Part shown: positions 15,885 through 17,324 of the stretch, piece by piece
How positions within the stretch are numbered: the stretch's first letter is position 1
Layout of the letters: every line of letters begins with the position of its first letter
DNA from: Chthoniobacteraceae bacterium
GTDB taxonomy: Bacteria; Verrucomicrobiota; Verrucomicrobiia; Chthoniobacterales; Chthoniobacteraceae
Direction of reading: 5' to 3'
DNA: 17,324 bases
NCBI GenBank assembly: GCA_031409655.1
Contig: JANNXQ010000041.1
Location: 1-17,324, forward strand
Notes under the pieces: model-generated
What the model was told of the DNA's origin: nothing
The model's database searches: none
Seen by the model: only the letters and a program-made list of their open reading frames with translations
Program-made: the position numbers and the translations under genes

Positions 15885-17324
15885 ATGAACTCCCCAGTCG
15901 TTCTCTCCCGTCGCCGTTGGCTTGGCGTGCTTGGGGCCGTCTTGATCGCGAGCTTTTCGGCGGTGGCCGCGGCTGCGGAAACGCCGAGGCAATTCCGCGC
16001 TGGCGCCGGCACGAGTAACATCACCCCGTCCCTCGGCGGAGAAATCATCGGCGGATTTCATCCTGTGCCTTCGACGGGTATCCACGATGAACTGCACGCG
16101 CGCTGTCTGGTGCTGGACAATGGAGTGACGCAGGTCGGGATCGTCGTCTGCGATCTGGTGGGCGCGGAGAAGCTCCTCTTCGATGAAGCGCGGCGGCTCG
16201 TGACGGAGGAGACGGGTCTGCCGGGCGGGCAGCTCATGATGTCCTGCACGCATACCCATTCCGCGACGAGCGCGCTGGGGAAGGATCGCTTTGCGCCGCA
16301 GGCGCAGCTCGATGAGTATCAGCGTTTCGTCGCCCGCCGGATCGCGGATGGCGTGCGGCGCGCCTTTGGAAATCTGGCGCCGGCGCGCATCGGCTGGGGG
16401 GTGGGTCAGGAGCCGCGCGAAGTCTTCAATCGGCGCTGGTTCATGAAGCCGGGCACGGTGCTGGTGAACCCCTTTGGCGAGACGACGGACCAGGTGAAGA
16501 TGAATCCGCCGCGGGCGAGTGCGGATCTCGTTATGCCCGCTGGCCCGACGGATCCCGAGATCTGCCTCATCGCGGTGCAGTCGCTCGAAGGTCGTCCGCT
16601 CGCCGTGCTCGCGAACTATTCACTGCACTATGTGGGCGGGGTGAAAGGTGCGGAGATTTCCGCGGATTACTTTGCGGTTTTCTGCGATCGCCTCCAGCAG
16701 TTGCTCGGCGCGGATCGGCAGGACCCGCCTTTCGTCGCGCTGATGAGCAATGGCACGAGTGGTGACATCAATAACATCGACTTTACCAAGCCGGGAGAAA
16801 AGCCGGCGCCTTACGAGAAGATGCGCGAGGTCGCGGACCGCGTGGCGCAAGCGGCGCTCCAGACTTACCGCGGGATCGAGTGGCGGGAGTGGGTGCCGCT
16901 CGCCGGAAGGATCGAGCCGCTGGAAGTGGGAGCGCGGCATCCCACGCCGGAGCAACTCGAGCGCGCGCGCTCGATCCTGGCGCGGCCGCCGTCCACGAAG
17001 GCCCGGACCTTGGAAGAGATCTATGCGGAGCGCGCGGTGAAGATGGCGGACTGGCCGGCGACGATCGCCTTGCCGATCCAGGCCTTGCGCATCGGCGACG
17101 TGGCGCTCGGTGGCATTCCGCATGAAGTCTTTGTCGAGATCGGCCTCGCTTTCAAAGAGCGCAGTCCTTTCAAACCGAGCTTCATCCTCTCCATCGCGAA
17201 TGGCTACTACGGCTATCTGCCGACGCCGGAGCAGCACCGGCTCGGCGGCTACGAGACGTGGCTCGGCACGAATCGCGTGGAGCCAGAAGCGTCCACAAAG
17301 ATCCTCGCGAAGCTGCTCGAGATG
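15885..17324 (+). CDS. Neutral/alkaline ceramidase-like hydrolase, probable Tat signal, 3' end outside window
   Basis: Open frame from ATG 15885 to window end, absent from the ORF track: SRRRWL, FRAGAGTSNITP, IHDELHARCLVLDNG, SCTHTHS, ANYSLHY, ISADYF, GYLPT. Confidence 0.8.
   Translation, partial: MNSPVVLSRRRWLGVLGAVLIASFSAVAAAAETPRQFRAGAGTSNITPSLGGEIIGGFHPVPSTGIHDELHARCLVLDNGVTQVGIVVCDLVGAEKLLFDEARRLVTEETGLPGGQLMMSCTHTHSATSALGKDRFAPQAQLDEYQRFVARRIADGVRRAFGNLAPARIGWGVGQEPREVFNRRWFMKPGTVLVNPFGETTDQVKMNPPRASADLVMPAGPTDPEICLIAVQSLEGRPLAVLANYSLHYVGGVKGAEISADYFAVFCDRLQQLLGADRQDPPFVALMSNGTSGDINNIDFTKPGEKPAPYEKMREVADRVAQAALQTYRGIEWREWVPLAGRIEPLEVGARHPTPEQLERARSILARPPSTKARTLEEIYAERAVKMADWPATIALPIQALRIGDVALGGIPHEVFVEIGLAFKERSPFKPSFILSIANGYYGYLPTPEQHRLGGYETWLGTNRVEPEASTKILAKLLEM

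Noticed and set aside
8245..17324. A coherent sulfated-sugar and sulfur-assimilation pathway
   Set aside because: Mixed orientations, no cysDNH genes or regulator, and reductase substrate undetermined; co-location alone is not enough

Overview
High-GC bacterial DNA; the gene content suggests Verrucomicrobiota or a related PVC lineage (inference). The flanks are ordinary: an RlmI-type methyltransferase on the left; a sulfatase, ExuT-like MFS transporter, SGNH hydrolase, ferredoxin-type nitrite/sulfite reductase, PQQ sugar dehydrogenase and ceramidase-like protein on the right. Between about 1,580 and 8,230 lies an integron-like cassette array on the minus strand. An attI-like site (6661-6754, four 13-mers phased at 23 bp) is followed by five cassettes: C-type lectin/M23 peptidase, Mrr-type nuclease, hypothetical protein, HEAT-repeat protein and a ParE-type toxin-antitoxin pair. 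Three cassettes have mutually complementary ends. No IntI integrase is in the window; an HUH/Y1 (RAYT-like) transposase bounded by inverted repeats sits in its usual divergent position. None of the four junctions is a normal attC. Two are 36-bp internally deleted mini-attC sites. Two are ORF-less group II-intron-derived elements (domain V/VI, bulged A, AC 3' end) running from the attC R'' box to exactly GT^T of the R' box, co-oriented with the genes.
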